A model generated the notes under the pieces. That model saw only the letters and a list, made by a program, of their open reading frames with translations, had not been told where the DNA came from and ran no database searches. From Vitrella brassicaformis CCMP3155 (taxonomy: Eukaryota; Protista; Chromerida), in contig CDMY01000571.1 of the NCBI GenBank assembly GCA_001179505.1, positions 124,001 through 188,000 of the forward strand: 64,000 bases of DNA, written 5' to 3'. Of the stretch, positions 1-13,100 are shown one piece after another. Both the position numbers and the translations under genes were made by a program. Numbering within the stretch: the stretch's first letter is position 1; each line of letters starts with the position of its first letter.

Positions 1-76
1 ACACGTCGCATCCATCACACAGCCAGCCATAGAAGCCGCTATCAGCAGCTGGTGCAACCAGCAGCCCTTCGTCTGC

Positions 77-900
77 TCATGCCTCATCAGGCGGGGCCTC
101 CTCAACGCCCTCGCCGAGTTTGAAGATCTTGAAGTCCTTAACCTTGATGGGGCCGCCCACCTCGCCCTCGGCATCCTTGAGCACCTTGGACACCTTCCTC
201 TTCGTGTCGTCCAACATCCACTCCTGCACCGACACACCACACACACACACACAGGCAGACAGAGGGGCATCATCGATTTGTGTGAGTGTGCCAGCTATGT
301 GACTCGGCTCGGCTGACCTGTTCGGTGAGGACGACTTGTTCGTAGAATTTGCGCAGTCGCCCCTCGACCATTTTGTCGATGATCTCCTCGGGCTTGCCGC
401 TCTCGCGCGCCTGCTCCTTGAGCACCGCCCGCTCCTTCTCCAACTTGGAGACATCCAAGCCGCCCACATCCTGACCACAACACACGACCCGCAAGTGCCC
501 ATGCATCCTCTCCCTCTTCTGTGTGACTTTGCTTACCACTGACTCAGGCCTAGCCACCGAGATGTGCATGGCGACCGTCTGGCCGACCTCTCTCAGCTTG
601 GCCTTGTCGCCGCCCGACTCGAGAGCCACCAACACGCCGATCTGGCCCATGTTGCCACTCAGCGGATTGTGCAGGTAAGTCGCAACCACCCCATCTGCGC
701 CATCAAGGCTCACGCCGGCCGACCGACGCAAGTCGAGCTTCTCGCCAATGACGCCTGTAAGTGCGGGCACCTCCTGCTCAACGGTCTTGCCCTCTGTGCC
801 CTCTGGGTATTCCGCCGCCTTGAGAGCGGCGAAGTCGCCCCCCTTGTCAAAGGCGATGTCGGCACAGGTGAGGGCGAACTTCTGGAACTGCTCGTTCCTC

Positions 901-931
<31 letters not shown>

Positions 932-1328
932 CGAGCACCCCCTTGGCGTCGTCGGCCTTGACCACCACCAGGCCCTCAGATGCCTTGCGCCCCGCCCGCT
1001 TAGCGGCCGCAGCCAGCCCCTTCTTCTTGAGAATGTCCAGGGCGGCTTCCATGTCGCCCTCTGTGTCTGTCAGCGCCTTCTTGCAGTCCATCATGCCCGC
1101 GCCGGTCTTCTCGCGAAGCTCCTTGACCAATGTCGCTGACACAGCTGCCATCTGCAGGGACGTTGCTGCTGATCTTGGTGCTCGCCTCAGCTGCCTCAGC
1201 TGCTGCAGAGGCCCTGCATGTGTTGTGAGCGGCTGGGTGGAGGGGGAAAGGGGCAGCGGGCGAAGCTGGAAGCATTGGGAGGGCGTAAAGGCCAGCAGAA
1301 TCGTCGGCAGCAAGAAGAGGCGCTTCAT
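77..1328 (-). CDS. tsf: Translation elongation factor Ts with bipartite (signal + transit) leader, probably plastid-targeted; 3 exons (~1328-537, 470-318, 223-77)
   Basis: Canonical EF-Ts motifs [71 protein letters not shown] introns join the exons in frame. N-terminus [20 protein letters not shown] followed by an S/P/R-rich stretch. Confidence 0.95.
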
Positions 1329-1526
1329 CAACGATGCTGCCGGCAAGAGATGAAGACACTTCATTACGTAGACCACGGTCAGAGCAGATCTGAACGAGAT
1401 CTGGCACACCCTGAGGCAGACAAGTCAGCACCAGCCTCTGCCAGCCTCTCAGACCGTCGGGGACCGTTCGTGGTCAGTGCGCGCTGTTCATGCGATCCTC
1501 ATCTGCAAGCTTATCACGCATTCACC

Positions 1527-2714
1527 ATGAAGCGCCTCATGCTCTCGACGATTCTTCCCCTGTTGCTGTCCCTTACACCCTCCCAGTGCTTCCAGCTTCG
1601 CCCCTTGCCCCCCTCCCCCTCCCTCTCCCAGATCAGCCCATCGCACTCATCAGCCCTAAGGCGTCATGCGCCACCTACCGGCCCTCTCACCCTTGCGCAC
1701 GCCGCCGTCACAGCAGATCTGGCGGAGAAGGTGTCAGCGGAGCTCGGCCGGCCTGAGGGCATGTCTGAGGAGGAGTTCCATCGGATGCTGGAGAGCGAGT
1801 CGAATGACATCGAGTACGGCGTGGCTGTCATGGTGGGCGGCATGACGCGCGAGCAGTTCGCGACCTTCAAGGACCTCATCCTGACTTTCTGGGAGGATGA
1901 GTCGCTCAAGGGTGCAGCTGGTGGTGCGGGAGATGACATGGGCGAGTGGGTGCTGGTCCACGACCTGCCTGTCGCGCGGATCACCAAGCGGATGCTCGTC
2001 ATGCCGCTGGAGGAGTGCATCTACGACGCCATGGGGGTCGACGTCCGCGACGACTCGAGCGAGGAGGACGTCGAGGTGCCGCCGGTGATCATCCTCTCCG
2101 GGCTGTGGAACTTCCAGATCCTCAAGGTCGTGCAGATGTACAACGCCCTGGCGGAGCAGGGCAAGCTGCCCGTCGACCCGGCGTGGGCCAAGGTGGTGCC
2201 CAACGCCATTCGCAAGCGGATGTCGCAGCTGCTGGGCGAGATCCAGGGTGACCACGTCAAGGCTGGGATGGGGGAGCCCTTCACGAGCGGGGACCTGAGC
2301 AGCGAGCCGATCGACGAGACGGTGGAAAAGGGCGAGGCCAAGTGGTGGCACTTTCTGCTGGAGAAGATGCTCACCAACAATAAGATGTCCGACGAGTGGC
2401 AGGGGGAGAAGGTCGACGTCTCGTGGGCGAACGAGCCAGACGTAAGCCAGCCAGCCAATCCCCACTCTCCCTCCCTCATGTGTGTGGCATCTGTGTGTGT
2501 GTGTGTGTGCGATGGGTCCTCGCAGCAAGAAGAGGGCGAGGAGATTGACTACAACGCCGAGTTCCGACAGGCCTTCTGGCTGAGGCAGTACCTCGAGAAG
2601 GGCCAGGATGAGTACGACAAGATAAGACAGCCGGCCAAGCCCAAGGAGCTCATACTGAGGGAAATGGCCGCCAAGGAAGCTGAGGGCACCGCGTCAGCGC
2701 CGTCATCATCATGA
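1527..2714 (+). CDS. Probable plastid-targeted protein with a DUF3783-like domain; one intron at ~2442-2525
   Basis: Signal+transit-like leader [26 protein letters not shown]. Segment PPVIILSGL...PAWAKVVPNAIRKRMSQLLGEIQGDH resembles Pfam DUF3783 as recalled (not searched). Confidence 0.65.
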   Translation: MKRLMLSTILPLLLSLTPSQCFQLRPLPPSPSLSQISPSHSSALRRHAPPTGPLTLAHAAVTADLAEKVSAELGRPEGMSEEEFHRMLESESNDIEYGVAVMVGGMTREQFATFKDLILTFWEDESLKGAAGGAGDDMGEWVLVHDLPVARITKRMLVMPLEECIYDAMGVDVRDDSSEEDVEVPPVIILSGLWNFQILKVVQMYNALAEQGKLPVDPAWAKVVPNAIRKRMSQLLGEIQGDHVKAGMGEPFTSGDLSSEPIDETVEKGEAKWWHFLLEKMLTNNKMSDEWQGEKVDVSWANEPDVSQPANPHSPSLMCVASVCVCVCDGSSQQEEGEEIDYNAEFRQAFWLRQYLEKGQDEYDKIRQPAKPKELILREMAAKEAEGTASAPSSS

Positions 2715-3349
2715 CCCAGCGCATCGCATCCACGTGAACGTCCAGTCGATTTTTTGAGTTTGTGTGAGTGAGAGTGTCTTTCAGTGGGTGTCGCACATTC
2801 ACTCATAGGAATGAGATGAGAGATTTTCAGCGAGACGGGAAGAGGGCATTGGATTTGGGTGATGGATATGGTGGGTGATGGGTTGTGGGTTTTAAGACAG
2901 CCTGTGTGGTGCAGTCAGTGCGTGTGTGGACGAACGGACAAGGAGCGCCGCTGGAGTGAATAAGTGTAGCTTCACCTCTACGGATGTTTGTCGCAGTCAT
3001 CCCTCTCCATGGACATGTCCAGATGATCTACACAGTCCCCTCTCCCTCCCTCCCTCCCAAGAAGCCAGACAGCATCCGCTCACACACACGTGTATCCCTC
3101 TCATGTGCACAACGAAAAAACAAAAAGTCAGTCGAGTCGTCAGCCATCCGTCCGTCCATCTGGGGAGGGACATGTAAGTATCTAACGGGGAAAACAACAA
3201 AAGGCGGTCCAGTCGGTCGAGTCGGTCGACAATCGTTACGGTAGATGGATGGTAGTATGGTAGTGTACAAATCAAATGGACGAGTGAGTGTGTCTCATAT
3301 CGTTGAGTATCGTATCGTTGTGTGTTGTCTTGTCCGTCCGCCGGTGTGT

Positions 3350-5652
3350 TCAGCCCATCTCCATGGGGTCGTCCCGGGGAGGAGGAGGCTGCACCTGCAC
3401 CTGCACAACACACACACACATCCATCCATCCACACACACAGAGTGTGTCGAGAGTGTGGCGCGACTGACCTGAGGCAGCGGTGCACGAGGCAGAGGCATC
3501 ACAGTGGTCATCCTGCAGACGTTCGGAGCATCACTCACGCGAATGAACCTGACAGCCAGCCAACACACACAGACCATGGTCACATGCATCTCTCTCTCTC
3601 CCTCTCTCTTTGGGTGTGCAAACAAACGCAGCTTACAAGGCGAAGCGCTCCCAGGGCCTCGCCATGCGCACAGCCTCCCTGCCGATCGCGTCAGCCTGCT
3701 CCTGCATCGTGGGGGGCCTCGGGGGCTCCGCCGGCTCGTCCAGCTCATCGACGATGCCCCTCCTGCCGCCATTCTTGCCCTTCCTCCCTCTGGCCTTGGC
3801 CTTGGCCTTGGGTTTGGGGGGCTTCCCGCCACCACCACCCTTTGCCTTGGCCCGTGTGCGCTTGGCGATGCCCCCGACCTCACTCACAGACGAGAGACTC
3901 TTCGCCGCCTCCGGTCGACGCTTCCCGCCGAGCTGCACCTGCCAGTAGCTCCCGTCCAAACCCCGACAACCAACAACACCAACAGCGCCACCACCAGCGC
4001 GACCCTTGAGAGCAACACCTGATGCGGCCGCGGCAGCAGCTGGCTGCATGTCGACCTCCATCGGCTCGTCCCTCTTGGCACCAGCACCAGCACCAGCAGC
4101 AGCTGCAGCTGCAGCAGCAGCAGGGGGCTGGCCCACTGCCATGGTCAGTGACGGTTTGGACGGGTGGAGGGCATAGAATTTCTTGTGCTGCTGCGGCGGT
4201 GCGCCGAGCAGAGGTCCGAATGGCATGGGGCGGAGAGGGGCCAGCGGCGGGGGAGGGGGAGGGGGAGGAGGGAATGGCTGGAGGGGAGGGAGGGGAGGGA
4301 AGGGGAAGCCTCCACGCAACATAGGCGGCTTGCCGCCGACGGCCGGGCCGGGGTAGAGGGGCGGGTAGACGGGGGGCGACACCTCAAACACCTGAACCAA
4401 CGAACGAACAAGTGCAAGATGGGCAATGTGCATCAGCTCACTCGATCACTCTGTGCGTGTGTGCGTGCGTACCTTGGGTGGTGTCTTCGGCTTGTTCTCA
4501 GACATATCCTCAAGCACCATGCGATTGCCACCCTGACTCCCGCCATTCACACCCCCATCACAACCACCACCGCCACCAGCGGCAGCGGCAGCAGCACCGG
4601 GACTGCCCTCCGTCTTGCCCACGCCGTCGCCAACGCCGTTCTGCACCACGCTCTCAGTGTGTTTGTTCTGCATGGTGAGGTTCATCGCGGCCTCGCGCAC
4701 CCTCTCGGCCTTGACCACGAGTGGGGAAATGGGCCGGGGCGGGTTGGCAGCATAGGCAGCGAAGGGCTCGTCAACATCGACAGTGGGCTGAAGACAGACA
4801 CACAACGACATGGATGATGGGAGGAATGGATGGGTGTTTAATTGGTCTGGCGGCCGTCCTCCCTCCTGTCCACCCCACCTGCTTGCGCGTTTTGACCTTC
4901 TTGCGCTTGTTTTCCTCCTCCGGATCCCACAGTGCGTCGTTGGGATCGGCAGCAAAGGAATCCTCGGCCAGTGCGCGAGCAGCGGCCTGCACCAACGACA
5001 AGCAAGCCAGACGATCGCCGGTGCGGCGCCATGTGTGTCTTCCCACCAACCCACCTACCTCGCGGCGTGTGTTGATTTTCTTCTTGCGCTTGCCCTTGCC
5101 CTTGCCCTCCTCGGCCAACTCGTGGTGCACCAGGTCGACGTCAACAGCCCCAACGCCCTTGCCCATGCCGTCTCCCTCCTCTATATCACTGTCGTCATCA
5201 GCCAACTCGCGCAGCCGCTGCCCACGCTTGTCCTTACGCAAACCAGCCCGACCCACGAAGCCGCGAGCATCGATGCCACCAGCGGCGGCGGCTGCTGCCG
5301 CGGCACCCTCAGTACCCTCACTTCCCTCCTCCTCCTTGTGCACGCTCGACTCCTGACTCGACGCGTCGCCACCCGCTGCCTGGTCCTGGTCCTTGGCCGC
5401 CGTGCGGCCGTCCCTCTTGCTGCCCGGGGGGGTGGTCGGCTCCCGCTTGGGCGTCACCGCCTTGCGGCCTTTCTTCTTCTGCACGGGTGGGGGGGTCTTG
5501 GACTCTTCCTCGGCATCCAGCTCCTCCAGGTCCTTCCTCAGACCGTTGCGACGCACCGTCGGGGAGCTGGCGGCCGCACAGAGGGTCTGGCGAGTTCGTT
5601 TAGAGCGCAGGATGGGGCCGTGCGGTCCTTTCGGCTCACGGAGGGGGTCCAT
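3350..5652 (-). CDS. Hypothetical multi-exon low-complexity protein (K/R-rich NLS-like tracts, Pro/Ala/Gly runs), probably nuclear
   Basis: Successive minus-strand ORF segments (MDPLREPK..., KKKGRK, KGKRKKKIN, poly-P) are separated by microsatellite introns with GT-AG ends. No family recognised. Confidence 0.55.
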
Positions 5653-5949
5653 GCCGCCCCTGGGCGCCGACTGACGTGGAATACGCTACCTGGAGCAGGA
5701 GGGAGACGCAGCAACTGATGAAACGGGCCAGAAGGTGTGTAGGCGCCCTCCGAGCGGAGCGGTGAGCGAGGAAAACGACTTTTTACCGTCAGTTGCTTTG
5801 GTACAGAGGAGAGTAGAGCGTTCGTAAGCCTTCTCGTACGCGGAACGACAACATTTTCTTCAGGGGGCGAGGATGCGAGCTTTGAGCTCGCAAGACAAGC
5901 AGGAAAAGAGAGAAGGAGGAGGCGTGGCGAGTCAAGCGAAGCGAGATCC

Positions 5950-6864
5950 ATGAGAATCGAGAAGTGTTGGTAACCAAAACAGGAAAAATGGAAACACCTG
6001 ACACACCACAACACACATCTGTCCGTCCGTCTGTCTGTGGTGTGTGATGATGATGTGGGTTGTCTGGTCCAGGTACTGTTCCAGCAACATCTACCCTGGT
6101 TGGTGCAGCATCTCGTCGATGACGGACTCTCACACCCAATGGCACATGACGCGGGTGTGTGTGTGTTTGGCAATCTGTTCTGTTCCATTTGGTCATCAGG
6201 TCATGGGATTCAGTTTGTGCGCAACGACGCGAAGATATTTCGTTTCTGCCGGTCCAAGTGCCACCGGCACTTCAAGATGAAACACAACCCTCGCAAGGCC
6301 AAGTGGACCAAGGCATACAGATCTTCTCACGGTGAGAGAGGGAGGGAGTGACAAATGTGCGTGTGGTTGTGGACGATTGCCTTGTGTCGTGTCGCCCGTC
6401 GTGATGATGCAGGGAAGGAGATGACCATAGACCCCACCCTCGAGTTCGAGAAGCGGCGCAACGCGCCTGTGCGCTACGACCGCGACTTGATGGTCCAGAC
6501 CATCCAGGCCATGAAGGCGGTCGACCGCATCAAGACCAAGCGCCAGGAGCGGTTCCAGAAGACGCGACTCGCCGCCCAGCAGAAGTTCCGCAAGTCGATT
6601 GCCGACTCGGTGCTTGCCAAGAATGCCACACTGCTGCGCGGCCCCGCCAAGGCCATCAAGGACGAGAACCTCATGGCCGACACAGTGAGGGTGGGCGAGG
6701 CCGCCACGCAGAAGAAACGATCGACGGCGGCTATCAAGGCGGTGGACGGCAGCCTCCGGAGGAAGAAGGGGCTGAAGAAGGGTATGGTTGGGAAGGGGAC
6801 GCTGTCAGGGGGAAAGGCCAAGGCGGTCAGGCGGGACAAAGACGGGGACGTGGAGATGGCATGA
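5950..6864 (+). CDS. RLP24: Ribosome biogenesis protein RLP24 (RSL24D1, L24e family); 4 exons
   Basis: Spliced MRIEKCW|YCSSNIYPG|[44 protein letters not shown]|[23 protein letters not shown] matches the RLP24 consensus, including FEKRRN. Confidence 0.93.
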
Positions 6865-7177
6865 TATTACATAGATATGACAGTGACAATGAGCGTGGGT
6901 GTGTGTTGGGACCTCTGTCAATGGCTGGCTTGGTGTTTTTCTGCGCCATGCATGACGACATGTTAGTTAAACAAGTGATGGATACTGCCTGCCGTCGGAA
7001 TCAGTGCGTCTGATCGATGTAGTACCATTCGATCGCTCGAGTCTAGCTATACACACACGTCTATACGGTCGGTCACACAGTCACGGGTCTGCCAAACGCA
7101 TCACGGCACTGCAGCAGCGCACACACTCACGCGAGACACTCTAGTGATGCATCACACACGCACCAACCCACCAGCCC

Positions 7178-10100
7178 CTACAGCTCTTCATCGAGCATTC
7201 CAGGCGGCCCACCCGCGGGGTCCTGCACCACATGCTCAATCACACCGTCATCACCTCCCTCCCTCTCCCCCTGTGTGTCTTCCTCCAGCGGCCCCGAGGC
7301 CAAGACACTCGCCAAGCTGGTCTTCTTCTTGCCCATGAAGGCCGAACGCTCCTCTGCGATCTCACTGGCAGACAGTGTGCTGGTCTGCGTGACGAAGGCC
7401 TCCTTCACGGCGGGAATGCCAACTTCGCGCGAGGGCACCTTCTGCATGAGACCAGGCCGATCGGGGGCTGGTGGGGGTGGGGGTGGGGGTGAGGGCGGCG
7501 GCGGTGGTTGTGGCTGTGGTTGTGGTGGACTCTCAGGCGGCCGTGGAGGGGCGGGCTGTGTCTCGTCTGTCTTGCGAGTCTCTGGCTCGGGTCCACCAGG
7601 TGTTGCGGCCACCGGGGGAGGTGTGGGTCCACCCGGCACAGGTGACGGAGGTGGCATGGCCGCCTCTCTCTCCTCCTTCTCTTTCTCCTCTTTTTCGTCG
7701 TCGTCTTCTTTTGGTGGCTCTTCAACTCTCACCTTGGGCAGCTCGGGCGGCTCCACACCCACCAGCCCCACACCCGCCCCCTCTGTCGCCTCCTTGGGCT
7801 CCTCGACCACTGTGACCGTCTTGGGAGGGGGAGACTCGATGTCCGGGGCGATCGCGACTGTTTTGCCCCTCCTGGGGGGCTTCTCGCCCTTCATGCGTGC
7901 GGCTGTCTGTCGGGCCCTCTCCGCCAGTGTCGCGAGCATCGTGTCCCGCTGCGCCGCTCTACGCCTGAGAAGGAGCGGATTTGTATGAGAGTGGATGGTG
8001 TCTTGTGTTGCCTTGTGTTGTCTTGTGCTGTTGGTACCGAGCGTTGAATTGTTGGATCTCCACAATGTTCTGCACGAGCGTCTTGAGGCCTTCGAAGCCC
8101 ACAACGAGATACAACACGGCCATCCTGCACACACAGAGACGGACACGCAGGGCACAGAGAGAAGCTGCCTTGCTGCGGGAATCGTGTGTGTGTACCCCAC
8201 CCTGAAGCTCTGAGCCACAGCTTGGCCGTGTAGTCGTCGAAGTAGAGGGCGAACAGCAGAAGGAAGAGCGTCGCGATGAAGATGAAGAACAACACACTGA
8301 AGTAAGCCAACTTCTCTGCCAACTGCAGACAGACATAACAACGGTGTATGTCGAATATATGAAATGGGGAGTTCCTTTACGTGTCGATGTCGATCTCGCT
8401 GACCTCTATTATGGTGTTGGATGCGGTCGCCCGCATGTCTACACGCTCGTCAAAGGCCAACCGATCGGCGTCACGCAGCGGCTGAGACACACCGAGAGAG
8501 GCAGAGACAGAAGGAAGGGCTGTCGGATGCATGTGAATGTTGCTGACCTGCTGCTCCATATACATCTTCCGAATGCTCTTCATGAGCGCCTGCTTGCCGT
8601 CGTCCTCCATGATGGTCAATGTGGGCGGCGGCAAAGGCGTTATCACCAGGGAGTCGTCCAACAACTCAGAACTGCACTCACACACAACACAAGGGGAATG
8701 CAGACAGACACGAGACACATGCATGGGATGCTCACTGACCTATCTGCAGGTGGCTCTGGGAGGGCTGCGAGTGTCATGGGCGTCACGGGCAGCGGCGCCA
8801 GCTGAAACATCGATGGCGCCAGGCCCGACAGGCTCATCGGCGATGCCGTCCTCCTGCTCCCCCGCTGCTCGGAGGGCACCAGGCCGGCCGACTGGATGGC
8901 GGGCAGGCCTTTCTTACGCATGCCCTTGTCCGACTTGTCCGTCGCCTGACGCAGGAGCGCACGACGCGGGCGTGATGGCGGGGCCTTGGCCGGATCACCA
9001 GATCCCTCGCGACTGTAAGGGGTCGACATCTGAACCACAAATGTCGGCTTACACATCATGTCGGCTTTTCGCTCCTTCTCTCACCCCGCTCTTCGGTGTC
9101 TCGAGTGGCGGCAGTCTGTGTTTGCCCCTGGGCGTGGTGAGGGGCCCCTCCCTCTCCATCCCGCTGCTGACCGGCCCCTCTTGCTCACCACCGCCCCCCT
9201 CAGACGGGATCGGCATGGGCAGTGGGGGGATGCCCAAGGCGATGGCCTCCCCTGGCGGCGGCGGTGGTGGTGGAGGCGGGAGGGGCACCATGCCCGGCAG
9301 CCGGGGTGACGTCTGGCCAGACTGTGGGTTGGGCAAAGCCACCGATGGGGTTTCGTGGGACGGGGGCGGAGGGGGAGGGGATGGGGGTGGAGGGAATGGA
9401 GGGGATAGGCCAAGACCTGAAGAAACAACATGGACAAGGCTCATCAGCCATGGAGGGCGTTCTTGTTGATCTCACCTTCCTTGTCCATGCCCTTATGCAT
9501 TTCGTCCTGCAGGAAACAACAAACGAGAGCTGGCCAGTGAGTGCATGGTGTCCTCCCCTCTTGTGATGCCTTCCTTTCTCACGTCGAGAGGTATGGGCAT
9601 GGCCTCGAGCATCTGCACTTCATCGGGGTGCTTTTTGCTCTTCTTCATCGCCTCCCTCTCCATCTTCATCACATACTGGGGCGACGAAAACGCCAGCATC
9701 GGCGGCCCACCCTTGCCCTCACCAGCCATGCCGGCCTCGGCGTCCTCATACGGCAGCAAGGGGGTGAGTGTGGGTGGCCGGTAGGGGCGCTTAGAGAACA
9801 TGAGATGCAGCAGCCGTGCGATGGGGAAGGCGAAGAAGGCGCCCATGAAGCCAAGAGCGGCCCACTCCTCCTTGCGGCCGGAAAACTTGCCGTATACCAA
9901 GGCGGTGGTCGACATGCAAGCCTGGAATGTACCGGCACAACACAACACACACTGGGATGAATCGCCTCCCAGAGCCCTTTCGCCCATCTTTTTACCAGCA
10001 CGGCCGCGAGAAGGCAGGACGCTTGCTGCAGCCGGGTCATCTGCAGCCAGCAACACGGCGGACAGCACTTCAGACATCAATCAGACGCAGGCAGGAGACA

Positions 10101-13100
10101 GACACATGCGCCCCTCCCTCCCTCTCTCGGCTGACCTTTGCCTGGCGGTCTCGGTAGAATGCGGTGATGACCAGGTGGTGCCGCTTGAGAAGTATCCAGA
10201 AGGTGCGGGCGAAGCGCACCAGGTCACTATTGGTCTTGTAGAAGATGGGGTCCGTCTGCGATCGGGGACCCGTAACTCCGTCGGCAAGCTGAAAGACAGA
10301 CGGATGGATGGATGGATGGAAGGGCTCACACAAGGGGAGGAGGGCCAAGGCTGTCTTGTCTTGGTATGAGTGTTTGCAGCGTGCTCACCTGTTTGAACTT
10401 GATGGGTTTGTTGACGTCCTTTTCGTCTTGTTTGAATGCCCAGTAGTGGAGTGCGGCGAAGAAGAGGAGGATGCCGGCCATGACGTACATGACCAGAAAG
10501 GATATGTCCTCCGCCGTCAGGAAGAAATCCAACGCCTGATCCACTCAACACGCACACGCATGGCCGAGGCCGCAGTGTACATCTGTGTCTGTCTGTCTGT
10601 CTGTCTGTGTCACCTCTGTGACGACAGCAGGGACGCCAAATGGCGCCACGGTGACGTCCAGGAACTGACCCACCACACCCAAGGGCTCAGCCAGCAATGT
10701 CGTGCTGCAGAAGACACTCGTGTGGCAGGGATGGTTGTTGGCGCGTGCGACGTGAGCTGACCGACCTGCATCCCTTCTCGTTGTTGAGGATGCCAGCCCG
10801 CGACCACTGACCCAGCCCTAAGTTGCTCTCCCAATCCCATGTCCTGACACAACGTGCACACGCATGGATAACAATTTTGTGAGGGGCACGGCTTACCAGC
10901 AGGTGGCGACGGCGAATGACGAGTGCTCTGTGAGTGTGTTGACCGGCTTGGCCTCCTCCTCTACCGCCAACTGGGCACCAGCCTGAGCACACACACGGAC
11001 AAACACACACAGATGAGGGCCGCAACAAACCACGAGATGGGTCTGGTCTCCCTCTGAGCGCTTGTCTGCTCTCAACGCACATCGTCGTATACGGCGAAAG
11101 CCTGCATGATGAAGGGGCCAGCGGGGCCCTTCTCAGCGTACGCCCACGGCTGCAGCTCCATGGTGAACATGACCTTGCAGTAGCCGTAAGATCGCTCCTC
11201 ACCTGCATCACACACGACACCATCGGACACGTCCCTTTGTGTACCCCCGTCCCTCTCCACCGTCAGGTATCTGCCAGTTTTCCGACTGGAATGAGAAGGA
11301 CTCGTCCGACTGTGTGAGATTGCGGGTGCGGCCGACGCGCACTCTGCCCAGGGGGAAGTCGAAGTCCTTGGCCTTCTCGCCGGGATTCTGGCACACACAC
11401 ACACACACACAACACATGACTCCTGCACGGATGTCGGGGTGGTCTGCGTGTGCGTGTGTGTTTGGTTGCTCACGAGGAGTCTGAACACCGACGAGCAGAC
11501 CTGGCTGATCATCGACGCCAGCCGCTTCACCGTCTGGTATACACAGAAGAGACACAAAAGAGACATGGACCCACCCACCCACAGCAGCACCTCTGTGCTG
11601 CTGTGTGTGTATTCTGTCTGGTTGTCTTGGTGACCGACCAGGCCCTTTTGGAAGAAGACTTTGGCTTCCTGCTGTGTCGTGCGGGCACGCTCCTCCTTCC
11701 AACGAAGGCGGGACACACTGACATTTGGAATGCAAGTCACGAGATACACACCAATCCATGTGGTTTGTGCCAATACTGTGAGTATCATGTGCTCACTCCC
11801 TCTCCCCTGCCGTCAGGTAGTCCGACAGGTTGATAAAGAACTGGAAGTCCTGAGCCCGGAATGTCTGCACACACACAGCGAGACACCTCCAGTGTTGATC
11901 GCCCCCGCAGTCATGTGGTGTGTGTCCCCCGCTCCACTGACCGTGATGTTCTCTTCGCCTTCGTATAAGTTCTCGATATACGATTGCCAGCTGATCTCGA
12001 ACTCCTCCTGCTCGATGAACATCTTTTCCAGCACGTCAGAGCTTTGCCCCTCCATGGCGTCGCTGGAGAAGACGCGCATCTGCTGACCCTGAGCCGCCCC
12101 TCCTCCACCGGCCACCTGAAAGTACTGCGGCTGTGCCGGAGGCTCCACGCGCACGATGCCGTAGCGGCCGCTCGGGAACGACTGTGACGTGGGGGCGTGG
12201 TAGGGGAAGGAGACCGGCGGCTGAATGCACACATGGATGGATGGATGAGCGTGGGTGTGTGTCTGTCTCTACAGGTGCTGTCAGCTCACGAATGGCGCCA
12301 TCTGCGGTATGTTCTTCGGCCTCCCAGCCATCCATAGCTGCAGCCGACGGTAGTAGGCCGCCCCCGCAGGCGCTCCACGCGGCTGTATGGGTGGCGGGTC
12401 ATACCGCCCTCTCGGCTGTGGCGCCGCATTGCGGTACCTGGCCTGCCAGTTGTTGGGTGCGTTGGGGGGCGGCCAGTCGGATCGCGGGAAGAAGACGTTT
12501 CCCTCGGGGTCGCCGGCGTTGACCGAGTCGAAGCTGAACGCGCTGGCCTCGTCGTCTGAGGGGGCCATCATCTCGCCGAGAGAGTTGAAGATCGTCCCAG
12601 CCATCTGGTCCTTCTCCTGCAGACAGAGAAGAGACACGATGGCCATGCGATTAGTTGTTGAGCTCCCGTGCCATGTGCTGGCGAACGTACCGATTCGGAG
12701 AGTGAGTCGTCGGCTGTGAGTGTGCTCTGCCAGCCGACCATGGTCTCCATGAACTCCACCATCCTGTCGGTCGACCCCACCTCCTCTGCCAACGCCAAGG
12801 CCACCTGCTCAACACACAAAGAGATTCTCGTCAAGTGGGTGCGCATCCAGGGGTTTCTCGCATTCATTCACCGTGGCGTATGACCCGACAACAGACGGCG
12901 TGATGGCCGCTTTCTCGCTGCCGCCGATGAGCACATTGAGGATGCCGTCTGCGTGCATCTCACTGATGCGACGCTTGCGGGTCTTACGCTGACAACACAC
13001 GAAGGCAAAGCCAGGGAGTCACATTGCGGGCCCTTCACTGCGTTCGTCTGTCTGTCTGAGTGTGTCTTGCCCTTCTGGCTTCATCTTCGCCACTTCGTGG

